DNA of 64,000 nucleotides from an uncultured Actinomycetota bacterium (GTDB lineage: Bacteria > Actinomycetota > Actinomycetes > Actinomycetales > Cellulomonadaceae): positions 52,705 through 116,704 of the forward strand of contig CAWALY010000003.1 in NCBI GenBank assembly GCA_963783005.1. Reading direction: 5' to 3'. The first letter of the stretch is position 1; every line of letters starts with the position of its first letter. The translations under genes and the position numbers were made by a program. This document shows positions 37,605 to 46,110 of this stretch, one piece after another. Under the pieces are notes generated by a model. It searched no databases, was not told where the DNA came from, and worked only from the letters and a program-made list of their open reading frames with translations.

Positions 37605-38566
37605 GTACCGTCGAAGGTCAGCAGACCCTCAAGGTCAATGCGCCACCCGTCACCTCCGACACCGGCACCAAGGTCCGCGCGACCCTCAGCAGCCGACTTG
37701 CGTCGCTCCTCGTCGTGCTGCTCACCGTGGTGTGGACCGTGCCGACGTTCGGGCTCCTCATCACGTCGCTGCGGCCCCAGGGCGACGTCGGGTCTTCGGG
37801 TTGGTGGACGGTCTTCACCAACCCGAGCTTCACGCTGGAGAACTACCAGACGGTGCTGTTCTCCGGCGGCTACAACGTCCAGGGCGGGTTGATCCCGTAC
37901 TTCGTCAACTCCCTCACGGTGTCGATCCCGGGCACGCTGTTCCCGCTCGCGCTGGCCACCATGGCGGCGTACGCCCTGGCGTGGATCCCGTTCAAGGGCA
38001 GCAACGCGCTGTTCTTCTTCGTGTTCGGCCTGCAGGTCGTGCCTATCCAGCTCGCCCTGGTGCCGCTGCTGCGGTTCCTCAACACCGGTGTGCACATCGG
38101 GTCCGTGCCGATCTTCCCCGCCCTGGGGGTGACCGGGCACTTCGCGTCACTGTGGATCACGCACACGATGTTCGCGATGCCGCTGGCGATCTTCCTGCTG
38201 CACAACTTCATGGTCCAGCTGCCGCGGGACCTGATGGAGGCGGCGAGGGTCGACGGTGCCAACGCGTTCCTCATCTTCCGCAGGATCGTGCTGCCGCTGA
38301 CCGCCCCGTCGATCGCCTCGTTCGCGATCTTCCAGTTCCTGTGGGTGTGGAACGACCTGCTGGTCTCGCTGACGTTCGTCGGCGCAGGCAAGGACACCGT
38401 CTCGCCGCTGACGACGCGTCTGCAGGCGCTGGTCGGCAACTTCGGCTCGCACTGGGAGCTGCTCGCGCCGTCGGCCTTCGTGGCGATCATCGTGCCGTTG
38501 ATCGTGTTCTTCGCGCTCCAGAGGTACTTCGTCCGAGGGTTGCTCGCCGGCTCGGTCAAGGGTTGA
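37601..38566 (+). CDS. Sugar ABC transporter permease (MalG/CUT1 type)
   Basis: 321 aa. The ATG overlaps the upstream stop (ATGA). EAA loop LMEAARVDGANAFLIFRRIVLPL. Confidence 0.87.
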   Translation: MSTVEGQQTLKVNAPPVTSDTGTKVRATLSSRLASLLVVLLTVVWTVPTFGLLITSLRPQGDVGSSGWWTVFTNPSFTLENYQTVLFSGGYNVQGGLIPYFVNSLTVSIPGTLFPLALATMAAYALAWIPFKGSNALFFFVFGLQVVPIQLALVPLLRFLNTGVHIGSVPIFPALGVTGHFASLWITHTMFAMPLAIFLLHNFMVQLPRDLMEAARVDGANAFLIFRRIVLPLTAPSIASFAIFQFLWVWNDLLVSLTFVGAGKDTVSPLTTRLQALVGNFGSHWELLAPSAFVAIIVPLIVFFALQRYFVRGLLAGSVKG

Positions 38567-38595
38567 CCCGAGCGGGGCGAGCCCGCACAGCAGAC

Positions 38596-38630
38596 CCGGA
38601 GGGGCGTCGCACCGCGCGGCGCCCCTCCGG
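38596..38630 (+). terminator. Stem-loop after the ABC operon
   Basis: CCGGAGGGGCG, a 13-nt loop, then CGCCCCTCCGG (11-bp perfect stem). Confidence 0.5.
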
Positions 38631-38691
38631 CGCGTCGGGAGCCGGCGGTGCCGCACGGCTTGCCGCATCGTCCCCACTGGACTCCCTGTGC

Positions 38692-38736
38692 GGTACCACG
38701 AGTATCAGGTACTGTGGGTCGCAGGCATTATCAGGT
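38692..38736 (+). promoter_or_regulatory. Copy 2 of the ~45-bp GTAC-containing element, upstream of the thiolase operon
   Basis: ggtaccacgagtatcaggtactgtgggtcgcaggcattatcaggt ends 48 bp before the thiolase ATG. It also contains the direct repeat TATCAGGT twice. Confidence 0.55.
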
Positions 38737-38783
38737 GGCAATCCCGGGGTCCAGAGTCGGACGTCCCGGCACAGGGAGGTTCC

Positions 38784-40076
38784 ATGGCCGCAGCCCAGCG
38801 ACGCCCCGTCGTCGTCGGAGGAAATCGCACGCCGTTCGCCCGCGCCGGCGGCGCGTACGCACGGGCGTCGAACCGCGACCTGCTCACCGCGGCACTCGAC
38901 GGCCTGGTGGCACGGTTCGGGCTCGCCGGGGAGCGCCTCGGGGAGGTGGCCGCGGGCGCAGTGCTCAAGCACAGCAAGGACTTCAACCTCACCCGGGAGT
39001 CGGTGCTCGGCTCCGCGCTGGCGAACGACACCCCGGCCTACGACGTGCAGATGGCCTGCGCGACCGGCATGGAGACGGTGATGTCGCTGTCGGACAAGAT
39101 CCGCCTGGGCCGGGTGGACGTCGCGGTGGCCGGTGGCGTGGACTCCGCGTCGGATGCACCCATCGTGGTGTCCGAGCCGATGCGCGCCGCCCTGCTCGAG
39201 CTGAACCGCGCGAGGACCACCTCGGCCAAGCTCAAGGCTCTGGCGAAGATCCGGCCGGCGTACCTCAAGCCGGTCGCGCCGGACGTCGCCGAGCCGCGCA
39301 CCGGGCTGTCGATGGGTGAGCACCAGGCCCTGACCACCGCCGAGTGGGGGATCTCGCGCGAGGATCAGGACGCGCTCGCGCTGGCCAGCCACCAGCGCCT
39401 CGCCGCCGCGTACGAGGACGGGTTCTTCGACGACCTCATCACGCCGTACCGCGGCCTGACGCGCGACGCGAACCTGCGGCCGGACACGTCGATGGCCAAG
39501 CTCGCCGCGCTCAAGCCGGTGTTCGGCAAGCGCCTGGACACCCCCGCGACGATGACCGCCGGCAACTCCACGCCCCTGACCGACGGCGCGGCGACCGTGC
39601 TGCTGGCCGACCAGGCGTGGGCCGCGGCGCGCGGGCTCCCGGCGCTGGCGGAGGTGGTCGACGCCGAGGCCGGCGCGGTGGACTTCGTGCACGGCAAGGA
39701 CGGGCTGCTCATGGCGCCGGCGTTCGCGGTGCCGCGACTGCTGGCCCGGCACGGCATGAAGCTCGGCGACTTCGAGATCGTCGAGATCCACGAGGCGTTC
39801 GCCGCGACCGTGCTCGCCACGCTCAAGGCCTGGGAGGACGAGGACTTCGGCCGCGAGCGGCTGGGCCTGGACGGCGCGTTCGGGTCCCTGGACCGCGACC
39901 GGCTCAACGTGCACGGCTCGTCGCTGGCCGCCGGACACCCGTTCGCCGCGACCGGCGGGCGGATCGTGGCGACCGCGGCCAAGGAGCTCGCGCGCCGCGG
40001 GTCCGGGGCGCGCGGTCTGGTGTCCGTGTGCGCCGCCGGCGGGCAGGGCGTCGTGGCGATCCTGGAGGCGGTGTGA
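38784..40076 (+). CDS. Acetyl-CoA C-acyltransferase (thiolase, FadA2-like)
   Basis: 430 aa from MAAAQRRP, with SD agggagg upstream. Catalytic Cys in VQMACATGM, His in NVHGSSLAAGHPFAATG, and the second Cys in SVCAAGGQG. Confidence 0.9.
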   Translation: MAAAQRRPVVVGGNRTPFARAGGAYARASNRDLLTAALDGLVARFGLAGERLGEVAAGAVLKHSKDFNLTRESVLGSALANDTPAYDVQMACATGMETVMSLSDKIRLGRVDVAVAGGVDSASDAPIVVSEPMRAALLELNRARTTSAKLKALAKIRPAYLKPVAPDVAEPRTGLSMGEHQALTTAEWGISREDQDALALASHQRLAAAYEDGFFDDLITPYRGLTRDANLRPDTSMAKLAALKPVFGKRLDTPATMTAGNSTPLTDGAATVLLADQAWAAARGLPALAEVVDAEAGAVDFVHGKDGLLMAPAFAVPRLLARHGMKLGDFEIVEIHEAFAATVLATLKAWEDEDFGRERLGLDGAFGSLDRDRLNVHGSSLAAGHPFAATGGRIVATAAKELARRGSGARGLVSVCAAGGQGVVAILEAV

Positions 40077-41440
40077 GCGACAGGTACCTCGAGCTGGTCA
40101 ACTCCGGGACCACCGGGCAGATCGCCAAGAAGCTCGGCCTGCCACGCCCCGCCCGGCTTCGCCGGCACCGGCCCGGCGACCCGTTGCTCCGCGGCCCGGT
40201 CCTGGTGCTCGCGGATGCCCATGCCGGCGACGACGCCGACGCGCTCGCCGCGGCACTCCTCGGCTGGGACCTGGACGTGCGACGCGACCCCGAGGAGGAC
40301 ACCAGGTGGGGCGCCGTCGTCGTCGCGCTGACCGGCGTGGGCTCCCCGACCGACCTGTCTGCGCCGATGCTCGCGGTGGGCTCGGTGCTCAAGAAGCTGG
40401 TGAGCGGCGGCCGCGTCGTGACCCTGTCACGCACCGCGACCGGCGACCTGTCCCCCGAGGTCGCCGCCGCTCGGCACGGCGTGGAGGGCGCGCTGCGCTC
40501 ACTCGCCAAGGAGCTGCGTGGCGGGGCGACCGGCAACGGCATCCAGCTCGCGGACGCGGTCGAGGTCGCCGACCCGTCGGCGCTCGCCGCACTGCGCTTC
40601 TTCCTGTCGGCGAGGTCGGCCTTCGTCGACGGCCAGCTGCTGACGGTCGGCGGGCCGGGCCACGCGTCCCGCAGGCCCGACGCGGACGACCGAGCCACCG
40701 TCGAGCTCCCACTGGCAGGCAAGGTCGCCCTGGTGACCGGCGCGGCGCGCGGCATCGGCGCGGACATCGCCCGGACCCTGGCGCGCGACGGCGCACGTCT
40801 GCTGCTGGTCGACGTGCCCGCCGCCGGACAAGGGCTGACCGAGGTCGCCATCGAGGTCGGCGGCACCGCACTGCAGCTCGACCTGACCGACCCCGAGGCG
40901 CCACAGCGCCTCATCGACCTCGTGCGCGCCCGGTACGGCCGCCTGGACGTCGTCGTGCACAACGCCGGGATCACACGCGACAAGCTGCTGGCCAACATGA
41001 CGGCCGACCGGTGGGACTCGGTGATCCAGGTGAACGTCATGGCCCCGCTGCGCCTGACTCCGACTCTGGCCGAGGCAGGCGTGCTCGCGCTCAACGCACG
41101 CGTGGTGTGCCTGGCGTCGACCAGCGGCATCGCCGGCAACCGCGGCCAGACCAACTACGCCGCCTCCAAGGCCGGCGTGATCGGCATGGTCCGCGCGCAG
41201 GCCCGCATGTTCGGGCCGGAGGCGACCGTCAACGCCGTCGCCCCCGGGTTCATCGAGACCGAGATGACCGCCCGCATCCCGGCCGCGACCCGTCAGATCG
41301 CCCGGCGGCTGAACTCCCTGCAGCAGGGCGGCCTACCGGTCGACGTCGCCGAGGCGATCGCGTTCCTGGCCTCGCCGGACGCCGGTGGGATCACCGGTCA
41401 GGTCCTGCGCGTCTGCGGGCAGAACATGGTGGGCGCGTGA
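40073..41440 (+). CDS. Two-domain SDR, FabG4-like 3-oxoacyl-(ACP/CoA) reductase
   Basis: 455 aa, GTG overlapping the thiolase stop (GTGA). The C-terminal SDR has GKVALVTGAARGIG, NAG and YAASKAG. The N-terminal ~200 aa is a degenerate Rossmann-like flavodoxin-type domain, as in Mycobacterium FabG4. Confidence 0.85.
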   Translation: MSDRYLELVNSGTTGQIAKKLGLPRPARLRRHRPGDPLLRGPVLVLADAHAGDDADALAAALLGWDLDVRRDPEEDTRWGAVVVALTGVGSPTDLSAPMLAVGSVLKKLVSGGRVVTLSRTATGDLSPEVAAARHGVEGALRSLAKELRGGATGNGIQLADAVEVADPSALAALRFFLSARSAFVDGQLLTVGGPGHASRRPDADDRATVELPLAGKVALVTGAARGIGADIARTLARDGARLLLVDVPAAGQGLTEVAIEVGGTALQLDLTDPEAPQRLIDLVRARYGRLDVVVHNAGITRDKLLANMTADRWDSVIQVNVMAPLRLTPTLAEAGVLALNARVVCLASTSGIAGNRGQTNYAASKAGVIGMVRAQARMFGPEATVNAVAPGFIETEMTARIPAATRQIARRLNSLQQGGLPVDVAEAIAFLASPDAGGITGQVLRVCGQNMVGA

Positions 41441-42339
41441 GCGGGGCGGGCTCGGGCGGGGCCGGGCCGGCCGGGTCGGCGACCGTGCAGCTCGCCGAGG
41501 TCCCGGCGCTGGGCGCCTCGCTGCGCCGCGGCGTGCGGGCCTCAGCCACCGCCGCGGTCCGGCGCGACCGGAGCCTGACGCCGTTCGACCTGCCGGACGT
41601 CCGGCTGGCCGCGAACGGGCTGACGGTGGACCCGGTGCGCCTGACCGACTACCAGCACCTGGTGGGCGCTACCGCGTCCGACGACCTGCCCGCCGGGTTC
41701 GTGCACGTGCTCGCGTTCCCGCTGACCACTGCGCTCATGGTGCGCGACGAGTTCCCGCTGCCACTGCTGGGGATGGTGCACCTGGCGAACACGGTCACCC
41801 AGCACCGCCCGGTGCGGCTGGACGAGGCGCTCGACGTCGAGGTGCACGCCGAGCGGCTCGCCGCCCACCACCGCGGGGTGAGCGTCGACCTGGTCGCCGA
41901 GGTGGCCGTGGCCGGCGAACCGGTGTGGCGCGGGGTCTCGACGTACCTGGCCAAGGGCTACTCGCTGGCCGGGGAGTCCGCCGAGCGCGGCGACCGGCCC
42001 GAGTGGCACACGCCGGCCCCGACCGGCGTGTGGCGGCTGCCCGCCGACCTCGGGCGCCGCTACGCGGCAGTGTCCGGCGACCACAACCCGATCCACACCC
42101 AGGTGCTCGCGGCGAAGGCGTTCGGCTTCCCGCGCACCATCGCGCACGGCATGTACACCGCCGCGCGGGCGCTCGCCGAGATCGGCGAACCCCGCGCGTT
42201 CACCTGGACCGCGGAGTTCTTCGCCCCGCTGACGCTGCCCGGCACCGCCTCGGTGCGGGTGGACAAGGACGGCGACGCCGGGACGCTGGACGCGTGGGGA
42301 AAGCGCCACCACCTGCACGTCGAGGTCACCGCGGGCTGA
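41437..42339 (+). CDS. MaoC-like (R)-specific hydratase/dehydratase, HtdX-like
   Basis: 300 aa, GTG overlapping the upstream stop (GTGA). Hydratase motif YAAVSGDHNPIHT, double hot-dog length. Confidence 0.82.
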   Translation: MSGAGSGGAGPAGSATVQLAEVPALGASLRRGVRASATAAVRRDRSLTPFDLPDVRLAANGLTVDPVRLTDYQHLVGATASDDLPAGFVHVLAFPLTTALMVRDEFPLPLLGMVHLANTVTQHRPVRLDEALDVEVHAERLAAHHRGVSVDLVAEVAVAGEPVWRGVSTYLAKGYSLAGESAERGDRPEWHTPAPTGVWRLPADLGRRYAAVSGDHNPIHTQVLAAKAFGFPRTIAHGMYTAARALAEIGEPRAFTWTAEFFAPLTLPGTASVRVDKDGDAGTLDAWGKRHHLHVEVTAG

Positions 42340-42486
42340 GTGCGTCTCGTCGGTGCGGCTGGGGAGACAGCGAGGTTCGGGTCGGCCCTGACAACGGCCT
42401 CGACCACGGCGTGCCGACCGACCCGAGAAGCTCCGCTCGAACCTGCACCGATCGGTCCAGGCGCCTGGATGAGTGGCGTCGGTCCG

Positions 42487-42556
42487 GTGAGGTCGCAGGT
42501 TCGGCGCGAGACCGCAGGTTCGGGACTGTGACCTCACACCGGAACTGCGACCTCAC
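42487..42556. other. Long imperfect stem-loop inside a repeat-dense convergent spacer
   Basis: gtgaggtcgcaggttcgg (42487-504) pairs with ccggaactgcgacctcac (42539-56): 16 Watson-Crick pairs, 1 G-U and 1 mismatch. The 34-nt loop holds further motif copies. Confidence 0.6.
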
Positions 42557-42594
42557 TCGATCTGTGACCACCTGATCAGACCGAGGAGACGCAA

Positions 42595-43245
42595 TCACCC
42601 CGGGCTGAGCTCGTCCGGCCGGCTCACGTCCACCACCACCTCGTTGCGGCGCAGGAACCACGGCGTGAGCGGTGGGTCGAACCGGGCGAACCTCGCGGCG
42701 CCCACCGGGACGAACCCGGCCGAGGCAACCGCAGCCTCGAGCGCGGCCAGGCGATGCCGGTAGGTGGACTCCGCCCACCGCCCCGAGTAGCGGACCGCCG
42801 CCGCCAGACGCTCCGGCACCGCCCGGATGTGCACCCGCGGATCGGCCGGGACCGGTGCGGTGTCGGCCGTCATCGTCGCCGGGAGCACGAAGGCCAGGAC
42901 GTACTCACCGGCGCCCGACGCGGTCTGGACCACCGGCGCCGTCATCGCGATCTTCTCTGCGCGCGCGACCTCCTGGACCACGGGAGCGGTCATCGCGACC
43001 GAGCGCGCCGCGTCGTTCCGCCCGCTGATGTAGCCGAAGAGCGGGCCGAAGGCCCGGTTGCCGACCGTCTCGAACGACCCACGGACCCTGATCTCCGCCA
43101 CCGCGTGCGCGGGGTAGCGCCGGAGCTCGAACGCGGGGTAGCGCTCCACCACGTCGTAGCGCTGCTGCTCGGTCACGGCCTCGACGGTACGCACACCCGG
43201 TCCGGAGCGCCTGCCCAGTCCTCGCCGAGACTCGGCGCCTGCCAC
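42595..43245 (-). CDS. SOUL/HEBP heme-binding-family protein
   Basis: EQQRYDVVERYPAFELRRYP...FGPLFGYISG.N......IAMTAPV...PERLAAAVRYSG... is typical of the SOUL family. The true start is probably an internal GTG (about 43176-43185). Confidence 0.78.
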   Translation of the reverse strand: MAGAESRRGLGRRSGPGVRTVEAVTEQQRYDVVERYPAFELRRYPAHAVAEIRVRGSFETVGNRAFGPLFGYISGRNDAARSVAMTAPVVQEVARAEKIAMTAPVVQTASGAGEYVLAFVLPATMTADTAPVPADPRVHIRAVPERLAAAVRYSGRWAESTYRHRLAALEAAVASAGFVPVGAARFARFDPPLTPWFLRRNEVVVDVSRPDELSPG

Positions 43246-43266
43246 GCTCGGCCCTAGGGTCGTCCC

Positions 43267-43908
43267 ATGGTGGACGCGGTCAGGCCCGGAGATGCCGGCT
43301 CAGCGGACCACGAGACGTTCACGGGCACGCTCGAGGTCGAGGGGGACTACGAGCTGCTGTCCTTCGACGGCCTCGACCTGTCCGGGCAGGACGGCCGCGA
43401 GAGCCGGTTCGTGGAGTGCGCGCTGACCGGCTGCACCCTCGACGAGACCAGGCTGGACGAGTCGCACCTGGTCGAGACCACGATCACCGCGGCCCGGGGC
43501 ACCACGGTGCACCTGCGCGACGGCTCGTGGCGTCAGGTCACCTGGACCGACTGCCGGCTCGGCGCGCTGCTGGCCACCGGCGCCCGGCTGGACGGTGTGA
43601 CCGTCCGCGGCGGCAAGATCGACTTCCTCGCGCTGGCCGGCGCGACCGTGCACGAGCTGCGCCTGGAGGGCGTGTGGATCGGCGAGCTCGGACTGGGCGG
43701 GGCGACCGTCCGGCGACTGACGCTGGTGGGCTGCCGGGTGGACCGCATCGACGCCGCAGGAGCCACGCTGCGCGAGTGCGACCTGCGCGGCGGCGAGATC
43801 GCGGTGGTCGACGGGATCGCCGGCCTGGCGGGCGCCACCATCAGCGAGGACCAGGCGGTGACGCTCGCCCCGCTGCTCGCCGCGGCGTTGCGGATCAGGG
43901 TGCAGTAG
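43267..43908 (+). CDS. Pentapeptide-repeat protein (MfpA/Qnr-like size)
   Basis: 213 aa with recurrent A(D/N)LxG-type pentapeptides (DLSGQ, ALTGC, ARLDG, ATLRE, CDLRG ...). Confidence 0.8.
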   Translation: MVDAVRPGDAGSADHETFTGTLEVEGDYELLSFDGLDLSGQDGRESRFVECALTGCTLDETRLDESHLVETTITAARGTTVHLRDGSWRQVTWTDCRLGALLATGARLDGVTVRGGKIDFLALAGATVHELRLEGVWIGELGLGGATVRRLTLVGCRVDRIDAAGATLRECDLRGGEIAVVDGIAGLAGATISEDQAVTLAPLLAAALRIRVQ

Positions 43909-43914
43909 GGGCGG

Positions 43915-44898
43915 TCACCACCCGGCGGCTGCCAGCACCCGCGATGCGGCCTCGTCGGGGTCGCCGACGGCGTCCACCACCGCGTCGTCGAGCGCCAGCC
44001 GGTCGAGGATCCGCTCGAGCTCGACGGTCCGCCCGAGCTCCCAGTCGACGCGCTCCCGCGCCCGCGCCGCGATCCGCACGAGCCGCTCCGGCTTGGGCAC
44101 GCGCAGCCGCACCACCCGCACGTCAGCACCGTCGAACGCGCGCTCGTACTCCTCGCGGTCGCTCGGGTCCTCGACCACCCGTGGCAGCACCACGTGGCGC
44201 AGCCCGCGCGCGCGGTACAGCGGCGCGAGGCGTGCGAGCGCGTCGAAGGCCAGGCGCTGGTGGTACGGGTCGTCGTCCGGCGTCGGCCTGGCATCGGTGA
44301 GCTCGTCGACGTCGAGCACGACGCTGGCGATCCCACGGTCGAGCAGGAGGTCCCCGACCCGGTCGGCGACGGTGGTCTTGCCCGCACCGACGGTGCCGTT
44401 GACCACCAGCACCCGCACGACGTCCGCCGGGTCGAGCCACCGGCCGTAGCAGACCGACGTGGGTTCCTCGGCGTAGATGCCGAAGTTGGGGATCCGGCGG
44501 TACCCCGCCGAGCGGTACAGCCCGACGGCCGCGGTCTGTCGCAGCCCGGTCTCCAGGATCAGCCGCCGCAGCCCGCGCGCGACGGCCGCCTCCTCCAGAC
44601 CGGCGAGCACCAGTCGCGACAGCCCCCGGCCACGCCACGGCGGGCGCACGTACATCCGCTTGAGCTCGCCGGTGCCGGGCGGGAGGTGCTCCCCGACGCG
44701 CAACGAACCCGTCGCCACCGGCTCACCGCCGACGCGGACCAGCACGGTGTGCACCATCTCGTCGGGCGGGAGGTCCGGCTCGATGTCCTCGGTGCCGTCG
44801 TACAGCTCGGCGAGCCCGGCCTGCTGCTCGGCCCGGAGCGCCGCGGCGTCCGGGTCCCCCCAGGGAGCCTCGACGACGTGCACGTCTTCCATGATCAC
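43915..44898 (-). CDS. Fusion protein: N-terminal GNAT acetyltransferase + C-terminal P-loop kinase-like (AAA_33-type) domain
   Basis: 327 aa. GNAT motif A is YVRPPWRGRGLSRLVL..LE. From about residue 165 there is VLVVNGTVGAGKTT (Walker A), then VLDVDEL (Walker B-like). Confidence 0.78.
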   Translation of the reverse strand: MIMEDVHVVEAPWGDPDAAALRAEQQAGLAELYDGTEDIEPDLPPDEMVHTVLVRVGGEPVATGSLRVGEHLPPGTGELKRMYVRPPWRGRGLSRLVLAGLEEAAVARGLRRLILETGLRQTAAVGLYRSAGYRRIPNFGIYAEEPTSVCYGRWLDPADVVRVLVVNGTVGAGKTTVADRVGDLLLDRGIASVVLDVDELTDARPTPDDDPYHQRLAFDALARLAPLYRARGLRHVVLPRVVEDPSDREEYERAFDGADVRVVRLRVPKPERLVRIAARARERVDWELGRTVELERILDRLALDDAVVDAVGDPDEAASRVLAAAGW

Positions 44899-44977
44899 GC
44901 CCTCCAGGTGGGCACGAATTCCTTGATCACACCCCTGGGGCGGGCACGAATTCCTTGATCACGAGGGGTGGGGTGGG

Positions 44978-45724
44978 TCAGGTGTGGAGGAGGGTGGTGA
45001 GGGCGCTGGTGAAGAAGCGCAGGCCGTCGGTTCCCGTGCGGGGGCCGTCGGGGCCGTCCGGGCCGAAGCCGGGCTCGACGGCGTGCTCGGGGTGCGGCAT
45101 GAGCCCGACGACGTTGCCGGCCGCGTTCGTGATCCCGGCGATGTCGCGGCGCGAGCCGTTGGGGTTCCAGCCGACGTAGCGGAACACCACCCGACCCTCG
45201 CCCTCGAGCTCGTCGAGCGTCGACTCGTCGGCGACGAACTGGCCGTCCTGGTTCTTCAGCGGGACGGTGATCTGCTCGCCGCGGGTGAACTCGTGGGTCC
45301 ACGCGGTGTCGACGTTCTCCACCCGCAGGGTCTGCTCGCGGCAGACGAACGTGCGGTGGTCGTTCTTGATCATCGCGCCCGGGAGCAGGTGGGCCTCGGC
45401 CAGGATCTGGAAACCGTTGCAGATCCCCAGCACCGGCATGCCGCCGCGCGCGGCCTCGACCACGGACTGCATCACCGGCGCGAAGCGGCTGATCGCCCCG
45501 GCCCGCAGGTAGTCCCCGTAGGAGAACCCGCCGGGCAGCACCACGGCGTCCACCGCGTGCAGGTCCTCGTCGGCGTGCCACAGCGAGACGGGCGTGGCCC
45601 CGGCGAGCCGCACGGCGCGAGCGGCGTCGCGGTCGTCCAGGGTGCCGGGGAAGGTCACGACGCCGATCCGTGCGTCGGCGGCGGGCCGCGCGGAGGGCGG
45701 CGGCGGCGCGGCGACGTGGCTCAC
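44978..45724 (-). CDS. purQ: Phosphoribosylformylglycinamidine synthase glutaminase subunit
   Basis: 248 aa with GICNGFQIL (nucleophile Cys) and MPHPEHA. The GTG overlaps the purS stop (GTGA). It forms the 3-prime part of an artefactual 751-aa ORF. Confidence 0.92.
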   Translation of the reverse strand: MSHVAAPPPPSARPAADARIGVVTFPGTLDDRDAARAVRLAGATPVSLWHADEDLHAVDAVVLPGGFSYGDYLRAGAISRFAPVMQSVVEAARGGMPVLGICNGFQILAEAHLLPGAMIKNDHRTFVCREQTLRVENVDTAWTHEFTRGEQITVPLKNQDGQFVADESTLDELEGEGRVVFRYVGWNPNGSRRDIAGITNAAGNVVGLMPHPEHAVEPGFGPDGPDGPRTGTDGLRFFTSALTTLLHT

Positions 45725-45996
45725 GCGTCGGCTCCCTCGTCGGCCCCCTCGGGCATCTCCGCGACCCGGACGACGTCCTCGATCACCGGGTTGGACAGCA
45801 GCGTGACCGCGGCCTCGCGGACGTTGGCGAGGACCTCGTCGGTCACCGGGCCGTCGACCGTCAGCTCGAACCGGCGGCCCTGCCGCACGCCCGTGAAACC
45901 GGTGAAGCCGAGCCGCGGCAGCGCCGAGGCGACGGCCTTGCCCTGCGGGTCGAGGATCTCCGGCTTGGGCATCACATCGACGACGACTCGTCCCAC
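45721..45996 (-). CDS. purS: Phosphoribosylformylglycinamidine synthase subunit PurS
   Basis: 91 aa from GTG 45996. [31 protein letters not shown] is the PurS signature. Confidence 0.88.
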   Translation of the reverse strand: MGRVVVDVMPKPEILDPQGKAVASALPRLGFTGFTGVRQGRRFELTVDGPVTDEVLANVREAAVTLLSNPVIEDVVRVAEMPEGADEGADA

Positions 45997-46110
45997 GGGT
46001 GCTCCCTGAGGTGGCGGGGCTGCGCTCGGAGCGGCGCGCTGGACGGTGGCCAGCGTACCGACCGCGCGGCGCGCCACGGGCCGATCGCCCGCCGCGTGGA
46101 CCGCGCCGCG

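Noticed and set aside
34872-38566. ABC transporter regarded as incomplete because no ATPase gene is present
   Set aside because: Actinobacterial CUT1 sugar transporters commonly share a separately encoded ATPase (MsiK type). The absence is therefore expected and not evidence of decay.
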